DNA of 64,000 nucleotides from Macrostomum lignano (Eukaryota): NCBI GenBank assembly GCA_002269645.1, contig NIVC01000864.1, positions 248,001 to 312,000 of the forward strand, read 5' to 3'. Shown piece by piece: positions 21,715 to 33,233 of this stretch (position 1 is its first letter; each line of letters starts with the position of its first letter). The notes under the pieces were generated by a model. It saw only the letters and a program-made list of their open reading frames with translations, ran no database searches and was not told where the DNA came from. The position numbers and the translations under genes were made by a program.

Positions 21715-22508
21715 CCTCATGGAGCATGCAGAATCCCATACTGCTGCAGGACCTCATGGAGCATGCAGAATCCCATACTGCTGCAGGACCTCATGGAGCA
21801 TGCAGAATCCCATACTGCTGCAGGACCTCATGGAGCATGCAGAATCCCATACTGCTGCAGGACCTCATGGAGCATGCAGAATCCCATACTGCTGCAAGAC
21901 CTCATGGAGCATACAGAATCCCATACTGCTGCAGGACCTCATGGAGCATGCAGAATCCCATACTGCTGCAGGACCTCATGGAGCATGCAGAATCCCATAC
22001 TGCTGCAGGACCTCATGGATCATGCAGAATCCCATACTGCTGCAGGACCCCATGGAGCATGCAGAACCCCATACTGCTGCAGGACCTCATGGAGCATGCA
22101 GAATCCCATACTGCTGCAGGACCTCATGGAGCATGCAGAATCCCATACTGCTGCAGGACCTCATGGAGCATGCAGAATCCCATACTGCTGCAGGACCCCA
22201 TGGAGCATGCAGAATCCCATACTGCTGCAGGACCTCATGGAGCATGCAGAATCCCATACTGCTGCAGGACCCCATGGAGCATGCAGAATCCCATACTGCT
22301 GCAGGACCCCATGGAGCATGCAGAATCCCATACTGCTGCAGGACCTCATGGAGCATACAGAATCCCATACTGCTGCAGGACCTCATGGAGCATGCAGAAT
22401 CCCATACTGCTGCAGGACCCCATGGAGCATGCAGAATCCCATACTGCTGCAGGACCCCATGGAGCATACAGAATCCCATACTGCTGCAGGACCCCATGGA
22501 GCATGCAG
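21715..22508 (+). repeat. 37-bp minisatellite, about 21 copies (catggagcatgcagaatcccatactgctgcaggacct)
   Basis: Head-to-tail units with no spacers. The same unit occurs in inverted orientation at 33234-34518. Confidence 0.97.
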
Positions 22509-22689
22509 ATGAATTTCAGCCAGATCTGCCTCATAGTCTACATTTCGATTTAAGTAAATAGGTGAAGGCAGGAGAAAATGAAATTCACTAGGAGTACCTT
22601 CAGCATGTTGACTGATGATGACAATATTCTTCACATTACGATTGAACAAATAATGACCGTTGCATCAACCAGCTAAACTTTCTTAAGTC

Positions 22690-22880
22690 TTTGTCGTCTA
22701 CCCAGCCAGTCGAGTCGTAGCCGGCCCACATGACCAGATAGCGAATTTCCCCTTCCGCTTCTCAGTCTTTAGGGACTTCTCGATCACATACAGCCACTGC
22801 GAGTCCGGGACAGCCTGCAGCTCGTGCTCATGGAGAGCCCTCGAATCCCAACATGCCTTTAATCTTGTAGGGATATGCTT
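22690..22880 (-). pseudogene. Fragment of a Polinton-type integrase C-terminus with a chromodomain (second family)
   Basis: Across frameshifts: YPYKIKGMLGFEG...HELQAV..SQWLYVIEKSLKTEKRKG/EIRYLVMWAGYDSTGWVD. Confidence 0.6.
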
Positions 22881-23156
22881 TGGAGCTTTGGATGTCACCG
22901 TGTACTCTTCCTCGCTCCAATTGGCTTCGTACCAAATTGATCAGCTTATTTCCAGCATTTTCTGCACAGTTCATTTGCAATTTTATCATTCAATTTTGAT
23001 TGTAAATAAATTGCGTGTAATATGCAAGCTATTACAAAGCAAAAGTGGTTGGAGATCAAATAAAAATAATTAGAGCAGATCATAAATCGAAGACGAATTT
23101 TGATTAGGGATTTATGAATTGATTCTGGTTTGATTTGATTCTGGAAGAAAAGAATG

Positions 23157-24182
23157 GAGCTGATTTAAAGTGAATCATTTAATTTGCATGGCGGAGAATG
23201 TGAGGGAGAATCAGAGCTGATTTAAAGTGAATCATGTAATTTGCATGGCGGAGAATGTGAGGGAGAATCAGAGCTGATTTAAAGTGAATCATGTAATTTG
23301 CATGGCGGAGAATGTGAGGGAGAATCAGAGCTGATTTAAAGTGAATCATGTAATTTGCATGGCGGAGAATGTGAGGGAGAATCAGAGCTGATTTAAAGAG
23401 AATCATGTAATTTGCATGGCGGAGAATGTAAGGGAGAATCAGAGCTGATTTAAAGAGAATCATGTAATTTGCATGGCGGAGAATGTGAGGGAGAATCAGA
23501 GCTGATTTAAAGTGAATCATGTAATTTGCATGGCGGAGAATGTGAGGGAGAATCAGAGCTGATTTAAAGTGAATCATGTAATTTGCATGGCGGAGAATGT
23601 GAGGGAGAATCAGAGCTGATTTAAAGAGAATCATGTAATTTGCATGGTGGAGAATGTGAGGGAGAATCAGAGCTGATTTAAAGTGAATCATGTAATTTGC
23701 ATGGCGGAGAATGTGAGGGAGAATCAGAACGGATTTAAAGAGAATCATGTAATTTGCATGGCGGAGAATGCGAGGGAGAATCAGAGCTGATTTAAAGTGA
23801 ATCATGTAATTTGCATGGCGGAGAATGTGAGGGAGAATCAGAGCTGATTTAAAGTGAATCATGTAATTTGCATGGCGGAGAATGTGAGGGAGAATCAGAG
23901 CTGATTTAAAGTGAATCATGTAATTTGCATGGCGGAGAATGTGAGGGAGAATCAGAGCTGATTTAAAGTGAATCATGTAATTTGCATGGCGGAGAATGTG
24001 AGGGAGAATCAGAGCTGATTTAAAGAGAATCATGTAATTTGCATGGCGGAGAATGTGAGGGAGAATCAGAGCTGATTTAAAGTGAATCATGTAATTTGCA
24101 TGGCGGAGAATGTGAGGGAGAATCAGAGCTGATTTAAAGAGAATCATGTAATTTGCATGGCGGAGAATGTGAGGCAGAATTA
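23157..24182. repeat. 57-bp minisatellite, about 18 copies
   Basis: Unit gagctgatttaaagtgaatcatgtaatttgcatggcggagaatgtgagggagaatca. Confidence 0.97.
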
Positions 24183-24319
24183 GCAATGGTAAAAAAGCTC
24201 ACAAATCAGATTGCTGTGTTCGCTGCAGTAAATTCAATGCTGATGAAGAATTAGTCAAGTCCGAGTCAGTTTCCAAAACCGAAGCTTCCAATTAGCTTTT
24301 GTTACCAAAAAGTCGAGGC

Positions 24320-24795
24320 TCACACTTCATACACTGCGACTTCAGCAAACTTTATCGCCTTCGTGCTGCCCCCGTTCTGAGGGCTGATCCTGAAGAATCT
24401 CACATTTGAAGTTGCGCAAGTGATGTGCGCATGCAAGTGCATTCCGTCAAAGTACAAAATGTTGTAGTTGTAGCAAGTCTTTCTGAACGCGTTTCCATCG
24501 GGCTCGGTGCCGTACACGCTGATTTCGATTCGAGACAAGGACCTTGCCTCCTGTTCGTTTTGAAACCAAACAATAAATCCTTTGATCTCAACAGCACTGC
24601 TGAAGTTGAACTGCAGATGAGAATCGCTAGAATTTGGGTCATCGGTAACGGATGCAGATGTGACCATGCTGCCATCCACTGCGTTCGTGCAGTCGGAAGC
24701 ATTCGTGCCGCATGCGAAAGTCAGCCTACCTGAAATGTGACAATTGAATGAGGCAGCGTTGTGTGAAAATGCATCGCACATCTGGCGATAGTCGC
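24320..24795 (-). pseudogene. Fucolectin/F5-8 type C (galactose-binding-like) domain exon, 5' end abutting a satellite
   Basis: NAVDGSMVTSASVT...LQFNF....IKGFIVWFQ....LSRIEISV....C...C....VRFFRI.....IKFAEVAVYEV*, with the terminal EVxVY motif. Confidence 0.65.
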
Positions 24796-25675
24796 GGATT
24801 GGGGAGAATCTCATTGCTATTGTGGTGGATTTGGGGAGAATCTCATTGCTATAGTGGCGGATTTGGGGAGAATCTCATTGCTATAGTGGTGGATTTGGGG
24901 AGAATCTCATTGCTATAGTGGTGGATTTGGGGAGAATCTCATTGCTATAGTGGCGGATTTGGGGAGAATCTCATTGCTATAGTGGTGGATTTGGGAATAA
25001 TCTCATTGCCATAGTGGTTGGTGGATTTGGGGAGAATCTCATTGCCATAGTGGTTGGTGGATTTGGGGAGAATCTCATTGCTATAGTGGCGGATTTGGGG
25101 AGAATCTCATTGCTATAGTGGTGGATTTGGGAATAATCTCATTGCCATAGTGGTTGGTGGATTTGGCGAGAATTTAATTGCCATAGTGGTTGGTGGATTT
25201 GGGGAGAATCTCATTGCTATAGTGGTTCTTGGAATTGGGGAGAATCTCATTGCTATAGTGGTGTGGATTTGGGGAGAATCTCATTGCCATAGTGGTTGGT
25301 GGATTTGGCGAGAATCTAATTTCCATAGTGGTTGGTGGATTTGGGGAGAATCTCATTGCTATAGTGGTGGATTTGGGAATAATCTCATTGCCATAGTGGT
25401 TGGTGGATTTGGGGAGAATCTCATTGCTATAGTGGTGGATTTGGGAATAATCTCATTGCCATAGTGGTTGGTGGATTTGGGGAGAATCTCATTGCCATAG
25501 TGGTTGGTGGATTTGGCGAGAATCTAATTGCCATAGTGGTTGGTGGATTTGGGGAGAATCTCATTGCTATAGTGGTTCTTGGAATTGGGGAGAATCTAAT
25601 TGCCATAGTGGTTCTTGGAATTAGGGAGAACCTCATTGCTATAGTTGTGTATTTGGGGAGAATCTCATTGCTATA
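24796..25675 (+). repeat. 32/36-bp satellite (ggatttggggagaatctcattgctatagtggt, with or without a gttg insert)
   Basis: Tandem units seen directly. A short inverted copy lies at ~5645-5697. Confidence 0.95.
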
Positions 25676-26034
25676 TTTGCTATTCATAATGTTAAGATCA
25701 TTAAATCAAGACTTGCAATAGCATAATTAAGGACTTTTCTTTCAGGTCACAGAAGGCAATATTTTAACTAAAGGCCATTTTGTTGTAGTGCGCTTGGAAC
25801 AAATTGATCAGCTGATTTCCAGTATTTCTGCACAGTGTATTTGTAATTTTATCAATCTGAGCGCTTGCCCATCATGCGCAAATTCATACCACGGAACACG
25901 GAAAGAGAATTTTCCAGAAAACAAATTCAAGGCTACTTGCCAAAATTAAATGAGGAGGAGTGTTTATTTAGCGAGTTTCCAAGCCCAGAGACGACAAGGC
26001 ATCTCCCAGGTCGCTGCTGACTGGAACTGCTAGC

Positions 26035-28800
26035 TCACTGGATCAGCCACTGCTGTGCAGATACCGTGAGGACAGCCAGAGAGCAGACGGCTCCAGCACT
26101 GAACCACGCCAGATCCAGCTTTAGTTGAGCCGGCGTCAAGTTTCGTGACGACGACTTGGCCATGGAATTGGTCTTGTTCGGGTCGTTCGCCAAAGTTTGC
26201 GCCACGGTCCGGTGCATGTGTGAAGTCAATGTGCTGGCCGTAGTGGAAGGGAGTAGGCCTAATTGCTTTTCGTCTTCAGCGGCCAAGGGCTTCTTATCTT
26301 GAATGTACAATCTATCGATAGACACACTGGACACGTTTGCAGCGGATATGGCAATCACTTTTATAAACATCGGAGGTTCATTGAGAGCCATATACTGATT
26401 GTAGATGTTCAACGAAGATTGGTTGGTGACAGCCAGTTCCGGACAGGAGTAATATCCGTTTACAGCGGTGCAGTTTCCACCTGTTTCTCTGTAGCGAAGA
26501 CTGTAGACAGGCACATCTGTTGGAGGCAATTCGGATGAACATAGCGTTAAAAAGAGTGAAATGTGCATGACAGCTGTGCAACAAATACTCGTATTTGGGG
26601 CACTGTTTACTCTTTGAACCAGATGCCAAAGTGTGTTTTGGTTTTATGAAAAAATATTTTTCAATAAAATTCACATTTCAGCTTGTACTTTAGCAGAGCT
26701 GCTTCAAGCGTTACACCTACCTGCTTTAGGCGGGAGTAGACCAGACGGATCTTTAACTGGATTCCATTTGATCACAATTATTTTACTCGCATAATCTTTT
26801 CTGCTTATATAGATCGCCATGCTTGGCTCAGGAACAATACGACGTCTGTCAAAGTTGGGGTCTTCCGCCTGAACAGTCAAGGTGCCGCCAGACAATTGCA
26901 TTCGGAACGGGGACGTGATAAACACATCGACAGCGTATTGACGAGCTTTCTGTACTGCATAGAGTGGTACCATGGCACTGTATGCTCCTCTATCTGTACA
27001 AATGAAGTATGAGCAATATGCCTCTTAAATCGTTGTTTAACAACAATAGTTTTTGTAAAGCTGCTACTGAATTTTTAGTCTTAAATTAAATCGAGCCACT
27101 TCCTTGTTGCTTGCTGTGACAACTGCGTACATTTGATACTTGTGTTGAATCTGGGATCTTGGTAACAGATTCACGAAGACACCGATTCGAGTATCATACT
27201 TGACCATTGTCACATTATTTGGCTTCACCCTGCACGTAGTATCTCTGGGCAGTAAGGCAAATTGGCTTCCTGTGATAACTATAGTCATTGTTGAGGCCGC
27301 CTGTCTGCGAATCCGGCGAGAGAGACCGACTGCGAGATTCGCCAGCGTCCACTTTCCGCTCTGTTGGAGTGGCGGGTTTGAGGTGAGGCGATTTCTATTG
27401 GTTTAAGCCTAAAAGTTAAATAGTCTTAGTCTTAGTAATTAACTGCTCTAATAATTATTTCTATTTTTGGCTTATCTGCTCCTGAAAAAGCATATTTAAA
27501 TTGTAGTGAATGTTAAAAGTCAGTTTGAGTGCAACACACTGTTACAGTAGCTGTTAATATTTCACATTCTTCTGCGTTCTACTTTTGCCGTCGTAAAGTA
27601 ATCCCTCCAGCAAGCTAGAGCAGTGGCTCATAATGCAAGTAAATTGGCTCAACTGACCTCTACCTCAGCGTCAGGAATTTGCACCGTCACGGATCCGACT
27701 GCAGCATCGACTGTGCAAATGGCGCTGCTGCCATCAGAGCAATTGAAAGTCCTACCGCTCGGCGACCGAAGCATGAGGCGCAGAGAGCCAACCTTGGCGG
27801 GATCGCTTGGCAGAAACAGCGAGAAGACGAGGTTGCTGCGAGCACTGAAGTTGAATTCCACCGGATACCGTAGGTCAGAGGGAACTTGCCTCGAATCCAG
27901 CTGTGGGAACAAGGAACAGTTCGTACGGAGTCAAACTAAGATGGAAGACAATCGGAATGCAACCAGTGCACTAACTAAGCGCATTTGATTTATTTAGTAC
28001 CTTAACTATACACAACACTAAAAATAGTTTGTCGCTTGAGTAGGTTATGTGACTGATTTCAGAAGAATCCCGTTGAGCATTTTTCATAATGCTGCAGGAC
28101 CTCATCGGAGCTCTAATCTCACCCATTTCTCCCCTATCTCTATATCACCTCAATCACCTCACCTCACCTCTATATCACATAATTTTCGTTGGAATAATAA
28201 CAATAGCGACTGTAAACAGTGAAAGGCTGCTTATTGCTAGTGTTAAGAAGACACTTTATTTGCTTCAATAATTAAGTAACTACGTAACTAGTAACGCATT
28301 ACTACGTTTCGGCTTTCACGTCCCCTGAGAATTTTATCCCACGGTCAACAGCAGAATTAAAACCCTTATTCAGACAAAAAGAATTTGGCTGTTGGCGACG
28401 AATACAATAATAGATGGTGAATGAAGCGAAAAGTAATAATTTTTTGTCGAGCAAGCTTCACAATAGAATTCACCCCAACTCACGACGAGGGTCTTGTTCA
28501 CGCCAGCGAGACCAGACTGTAGTGAGGTGAACTCCAGTATTAGTTTGGACGCTGCAAGCTTGCTGTTGACCGGACTATATAGCTTGCGAACGCCCGTGAC
28601 GTCGGCAAGAAGCGACATCCGCATGTCCGCACTGTCACCGAACCGAATGGTGTCGACTCTAAGGCTCGTGTTAGATATCGCATCGATGGTAGAGTTCAGC
28701 TTGCTGCTGCAGCCTTCCTGACCATCTGAGACCAAAAGTATCTGACCCGTCGATCGATTAGTTGGGCTTGTTGGGTCCTCACCTAGCAGCTGGGTGATTT
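26035..28800 (-). pseudogene. CLCA-like copy C: VWA C-half, beta-rich exons, FnIII-like exon, S/T stalk and hydrophobic C-terminus
   Basis: VWA exon QILLVSDGQE...VDTIRFGDSAD..MSLLADVTG ends at the donor at 28484. Further exons at 27900-~27655, ~27360-27085, ~26995-26720 and ~26515-26035. The SGKW-exon donor is deleted relative to copy E. Confidence 0.85.
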
Positions 28801-28825
28801 GATTGAGAAGTAGGGGATTCCTCCT

Positions 28826-30368
28826 TGATCTTCGACGCTAGTTTGGGTGAACTCGGATTGGCTTGAGCTCTGAGATAGCTGGTTTTTCTGGATTATTGTG
28901 CTGACACGATTCTTTTCGGATTGTGCTGATGAGCTTTGATGTTCAGACTTTATCTGTCCGCCATAAAAAGGAGTGCTAACTTTGCTTATTGTCTGCAGGT
29001 GCCTGGACTGCAGTGACGCAAACATTGACTGGAACTCTGTCTCGGCGATGCTGGCAAACTCCGCCACAGACTTTACTTTGTTCATCTTCGAAGTCTTTGT
29101 GATCTTCAACTGGCCGCCAAACTTTCCAGACCGAATAAAGTGCGTGCCCCAGCGAAGCAGGAAGTTCTGGTACTTGACGTCAGCGCCAACCGAGTAGTAG
29201 GACTCCGGCAAGCTCATGTAGTCCTTGAGATCAGCCAAGTTGATGTCTTGCGGCTTCATATCATCCAGAGTGATCTCGTACATGATGACGCTGACATACA
29301 TGATGGCGAAAAGGTATTAGAAGCCCCCTGCCGCATATTGGAACTCTCAGTCTGAACATTTTCCGAGGCCGATTCACCAGATTTTACCGAGGACGATTCG
29401 CCTTAACCGGTCGCACTTGAAGCAGAGGAAATGCCAAAAAAGCTGACAGTTGCTGAAACGGAAGTGCTGTGCTTGCTGGCCTCACTGCGAAATAGATTCC
29501 TCTGTTTTGACAGGCCGGCCTTCTCTCTGATGTAGTTCATGTACTCCCCTCCAGACTGGAAGGACTTGGTCTCTGCCGTAGTCTCAAAGATGCCGAACAC
29601 GTTCATCGAGTCGGGAACGTCTTTGTTTTGGAAGCTGGCCTTGTTGGAGCAGTAACGCTGCACTAGGCTGGCCCTGCGGCTCTCGATTTTGTAGAAGCCG
29701 CGACCGTCGAAGCCTACGCCCACGTAGGCGGCGGCTTCCAGGAGGTTCGGGCAGCGTGTCCCTGAGCAGCGAGCTTGCTGGAGTTGCAGGGACTACTTTT
29801 TGAATAGAATTGAACCGTGCAGCCGTTCATCAGCATCGGACCCACTCCCTTCGGATATAGGTACACCGGTACTTTCTCGTCCGTCATTTGCGGTATTTTG
29901 TTCGCCGGCCCGCTCAAAGTCTCCGTCATCACCCATCCCGGAGGCTGGTAGTTTCCGAGTCCGTTAAAGCCCTGATCCGCCTTGCAGGCTGATGGAGCGA
30001 GTTCCCGCCTTCTGTGGTTGGAGGGACCAGTCTTTGACCATTTTATTCATCGATTCCTGGGTGATGAGCGGATTCGGTGCGGTGCCGACAGACTTCATCA
30101 TCTCGTTGAGCGTTTGTTCGTTCTGTTTTCTCAAATTGACCAAGCTGGTGATCAAATTGCCGCCGCCGCCACCAGCGCCGCCGCCACCGCCGCCGCCGCC
30201 GTTCAAGACTTTGTCTACAAGCGAGCTTACGACAGAGTTAATGGCAGCGTCTCTGGCTACGGTCATGATGGCAGCCTTGGATAGAAAGGGCGCCAACGCG
30301 ACCGGCAAAGCCACAGCTGAGCAGAGCGACACCGCCAGCAATGCGAATGCAGCAGCGAGATGCCTCAT
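28826..30368 (-). pseudogene. Secreted MACPF (perforin-like) protein core, intronless, with about 3 frameshifts and 1 stop
   Basis: Signal peptide MRHLAAAFALLAVSLCSA; YVGVGFDGRG; QRYC...VPDSMNVFGIFET; MACPF signature WGTHFIRSGKFGG; two S/T-rich TMH-like segments; ends at VEDQGG. Confidence 0.85.
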
Positions 30369-30579
30369 GCTGATTGAGTATTCAACTTGGTCTCTGAGAC
30401 TGCAGTCGGTCTGCTCGATGAGCTAGCTGTGCTTCAGTAGAAATCCCAAGTCTGCAATGTGGGCGTAGGTTTATCTGTTCATACATATGCCTTGTGCTTG
30501 CAGTGTTAAATAAAAACAGACATCAACAAGCTTGCACCATGGGTCGGTAACCCAGGTGCATTCCGTGTGGGTAGCAATG

Positions 30580-32720
30580 CGGGCAACATCTCATAAAGTA
30601 TGCCCTCCTACAATGAAGGTGAAGTTGAAGGAGAGATCGGGAAAGAGTTGGGGGACGGAGGGGAGAGACATTGGAGAACTCGGGGGAAGGAAGACAATGA
30701 GATGGCTTAGAGAATGGGATCGGGATGGGGAGTTGGAGGGAAAATCGAGAGACAGAAGAGAAAAGATACGTGAGATATTGGAAAGATACGGGGAAGATAT
30801 GGTAGGGAGATGGAAGAGAAATGCAAGAAAGATGGGAAGAGATGAGGGAGATGAGAGAGAAATGGGCGAAAAAATGAGTGAGAGATGGGAACAGAATGGG
30901 AGAATGGGAGATTCGAGAGAGATGGGAGATATGGAGTAATAATGGGGAGTGTTGAAGGAGAGATAGGAGATAGAAGATAGAAGGATAGGAGAGATGGGTG
31001 AAATTTGGAGAGATGAGAGAGATGGGGGAGATTGGAGGGATAGAGTAAAGATCGAGAAAAAAATGGGAGAGAGAAAGGGGAAGAGATGGTATAGATGGGG
31101 AAGAGTTTGGGTCCCTACTCTTGCCAAGAATTTTGTCCAGGTTTTGTTTGATTGACTCGTTTTGGTTAACTCTATTTCAAATAGACATCGATTGAAACTG
31201 CCGAGTGGATGCCTCTATTCTTTGACTGTGTCTTTTACACGGGATAGTATAACGAAAGTGCCGTGTTCTATAGGACAAATGTAAGGGGATAGTAAGACGA
31301 AAGAATGCCGAAAAGAGATGAAAGAGAGAATGGGAAAGAGATGGGGAAGAGATGGGAGAGAGATGAGAGAGAGAATGGTGGAGGTAGGGTAGAGAGGTGG
31401 AGTGATAAAGAAAGATAAGAAGGGATGTCAGAGAGATGAGGAAGTGATGCCAGAGAGACGGGAAAGAGATGGGAAAGAGAATATATAGGTGGAGACGAGA
31501 AACTGAGGAGAGATGGGAGAGAGAATAGGTAGGATCACGATTCCCTGCAAACAAATTTCTAACTTGGGGGATCGTATTACGAAATTGATAAAAGCCCAAG
31601 TTTCGTTATCCGATTCCTTTTTATACATTTCCTCCATTTAAATGATCGTATAACGAAAGTGAATATAGACGTCCCTACTCTTGCCAAGAATTTTGTCCAG
31701 GTTTTGTTTGATTGCCTCGTTTTGGTTAACTCTATTTCAAATAGACATCGATTGAAACTGCCGAGTCGATGCCTCTATTCTTTGACTGCGTCTTTTACGG
31801 GAGAGATGGGAAAGAGATGGGAAAGAGAATATATAGGTGGAGACGAGAAACTGAGGAGAGATGGGAGAGAGAATATATAGGTGGAGACGTGAAACTGAGG
31901 AGAGATGGGAGAGAGAATAGGAAGGAGTTATGGGCAAAAGAAGGGAAAGAGATAGAAAGGATGGAAGAGAGATAGACGAGAGAAGGAGAAGAGATGGAGA
32001 AGAGATCGGGAAAAGATGGGGAAGAGATAGGATAGGGAATATGAGAAGGGGCGGAGAGATACATGTAAAATAGAGAATGAGAGAGAATGACAAAGATGGG
32101 GAAGAGATGGGAGAGAGAAGCGAAAAAGATGAGAGAGAAGGAGCGAAATGGGGGAGACGGGGGGAGATGGGGAAAAGATGGCAAGAGATTAGCACGAAAT
32201 GGGAGAGAGATGGCGAGAGATTGGGGAGAGACGGGGATGGATGGGAGGGTTGATGGGGAGATAAGAGAGATAATTAGAGAGATGGAAGAGAGAATAAGAG
32301 AGAGATTAGAAAGAGATGGGAAATAAGGAAAGATGGGAGAGTTTGGGAAAGATGGGGAAAAGATGGGAGAGAGAATAGGAGAGAGATTAGGAAGATATTC
32401 GAAGAAAATCGGTTGAGCCGTTTTTTCTCTAATCGATCACAGAGATATATACCTACCGACAAACCATTTTTAGTATTTGGATGCTAAAGAGATGGGGAAG
32501 AGATGGCAGAGAGATTATGGAAGAGACTGGGAAGAGATGGGGAGAGGTTGTGGAGAGTTGAGGGAGAGATAAGCAAGAGATGAGAGAGAGATGCCAGAGA
32601 GGTACCAGAGAGGTGGGGAAGTGATGGGGAAAATAGGGTTGAGAATAGGAGAGAGATGGGGAAGAGTTGGGACAGATGGGAGAGAGTTTGGGGAGGGATG
32701 CGGATGCGGGATGCGGAAGA
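30580..32720. repeat. GA-rich low-complexity tract containing a duplicated ~130-bp unique segment
   Basis: Purine-only runs. The segment tccctactcttgccaagaattttgtccagg...gtctttta occurs at ~31111-31238 and ~31672-31798. Confidence 0.9.
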
Positions 32721-33233
32721 GACAGACAGAAGGAACTAGCACTGACTTGCAATTTGCATCCTGACCTGTCAGGGTCAGTCAGGTAGCAGGAGAAAGGAAG
32801 CCATAAAAATGTCAAGAGAGCTAGTTAGCAGACTTACCAATTCTCAGAGATCAAGCCGAGTGATCCAACAGGCAGAACTATTTCAGCAGATGAGCTCAAC
32901 AGATGTAACAAATTTATTCCTTAGCAACTCAACTCACGGTATGTGTGAAATTTGCAGGTACTGCTGGGGGCTCTGCTTTTATCCTGTCTGAAATGCCAGA
33001 CCGTCTATGGGTCTATGAGTGTTTGCAGTCTGTGGGAAAAAACTCTTCAACTGAGCTTGCTTAAAGTGCAAGTCAAGCGGCTTCGCCTGGGTATTGCAAA
33101 AACAATTGAAATATAAAGTGTGCGGTCCCGCTTGCTTTGCTTTCCATGGCACTGAAAGCTCGCGAGTTTTGCTTCAGAGAGTGTGCAAGGGATGGTGATC
33201 CCCTGGAGTCGTTGGCGCTCCTGCACTCTGCAT

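Noticed and set aside
21715-22508. 37-bp repeats as a CRISPR array (also 33234-34518)
   Set aside because: Units are head-to-tail with no unique spacers, there are no cas genes, and the context is eukaryotic.
23179-24186. 335-aa ORF of 19-aa repeats
   Set aside because: It is open only because the 57-bp unit is a multiple of 3 and stop-free in that frame. No unique coding sequence or splice support.
30532-32815. Ser/Leu/Pro- or Glu/Arg/Gly-rich ORFs
   Set aside because: Translations of the GA-rich low-complexity tract.
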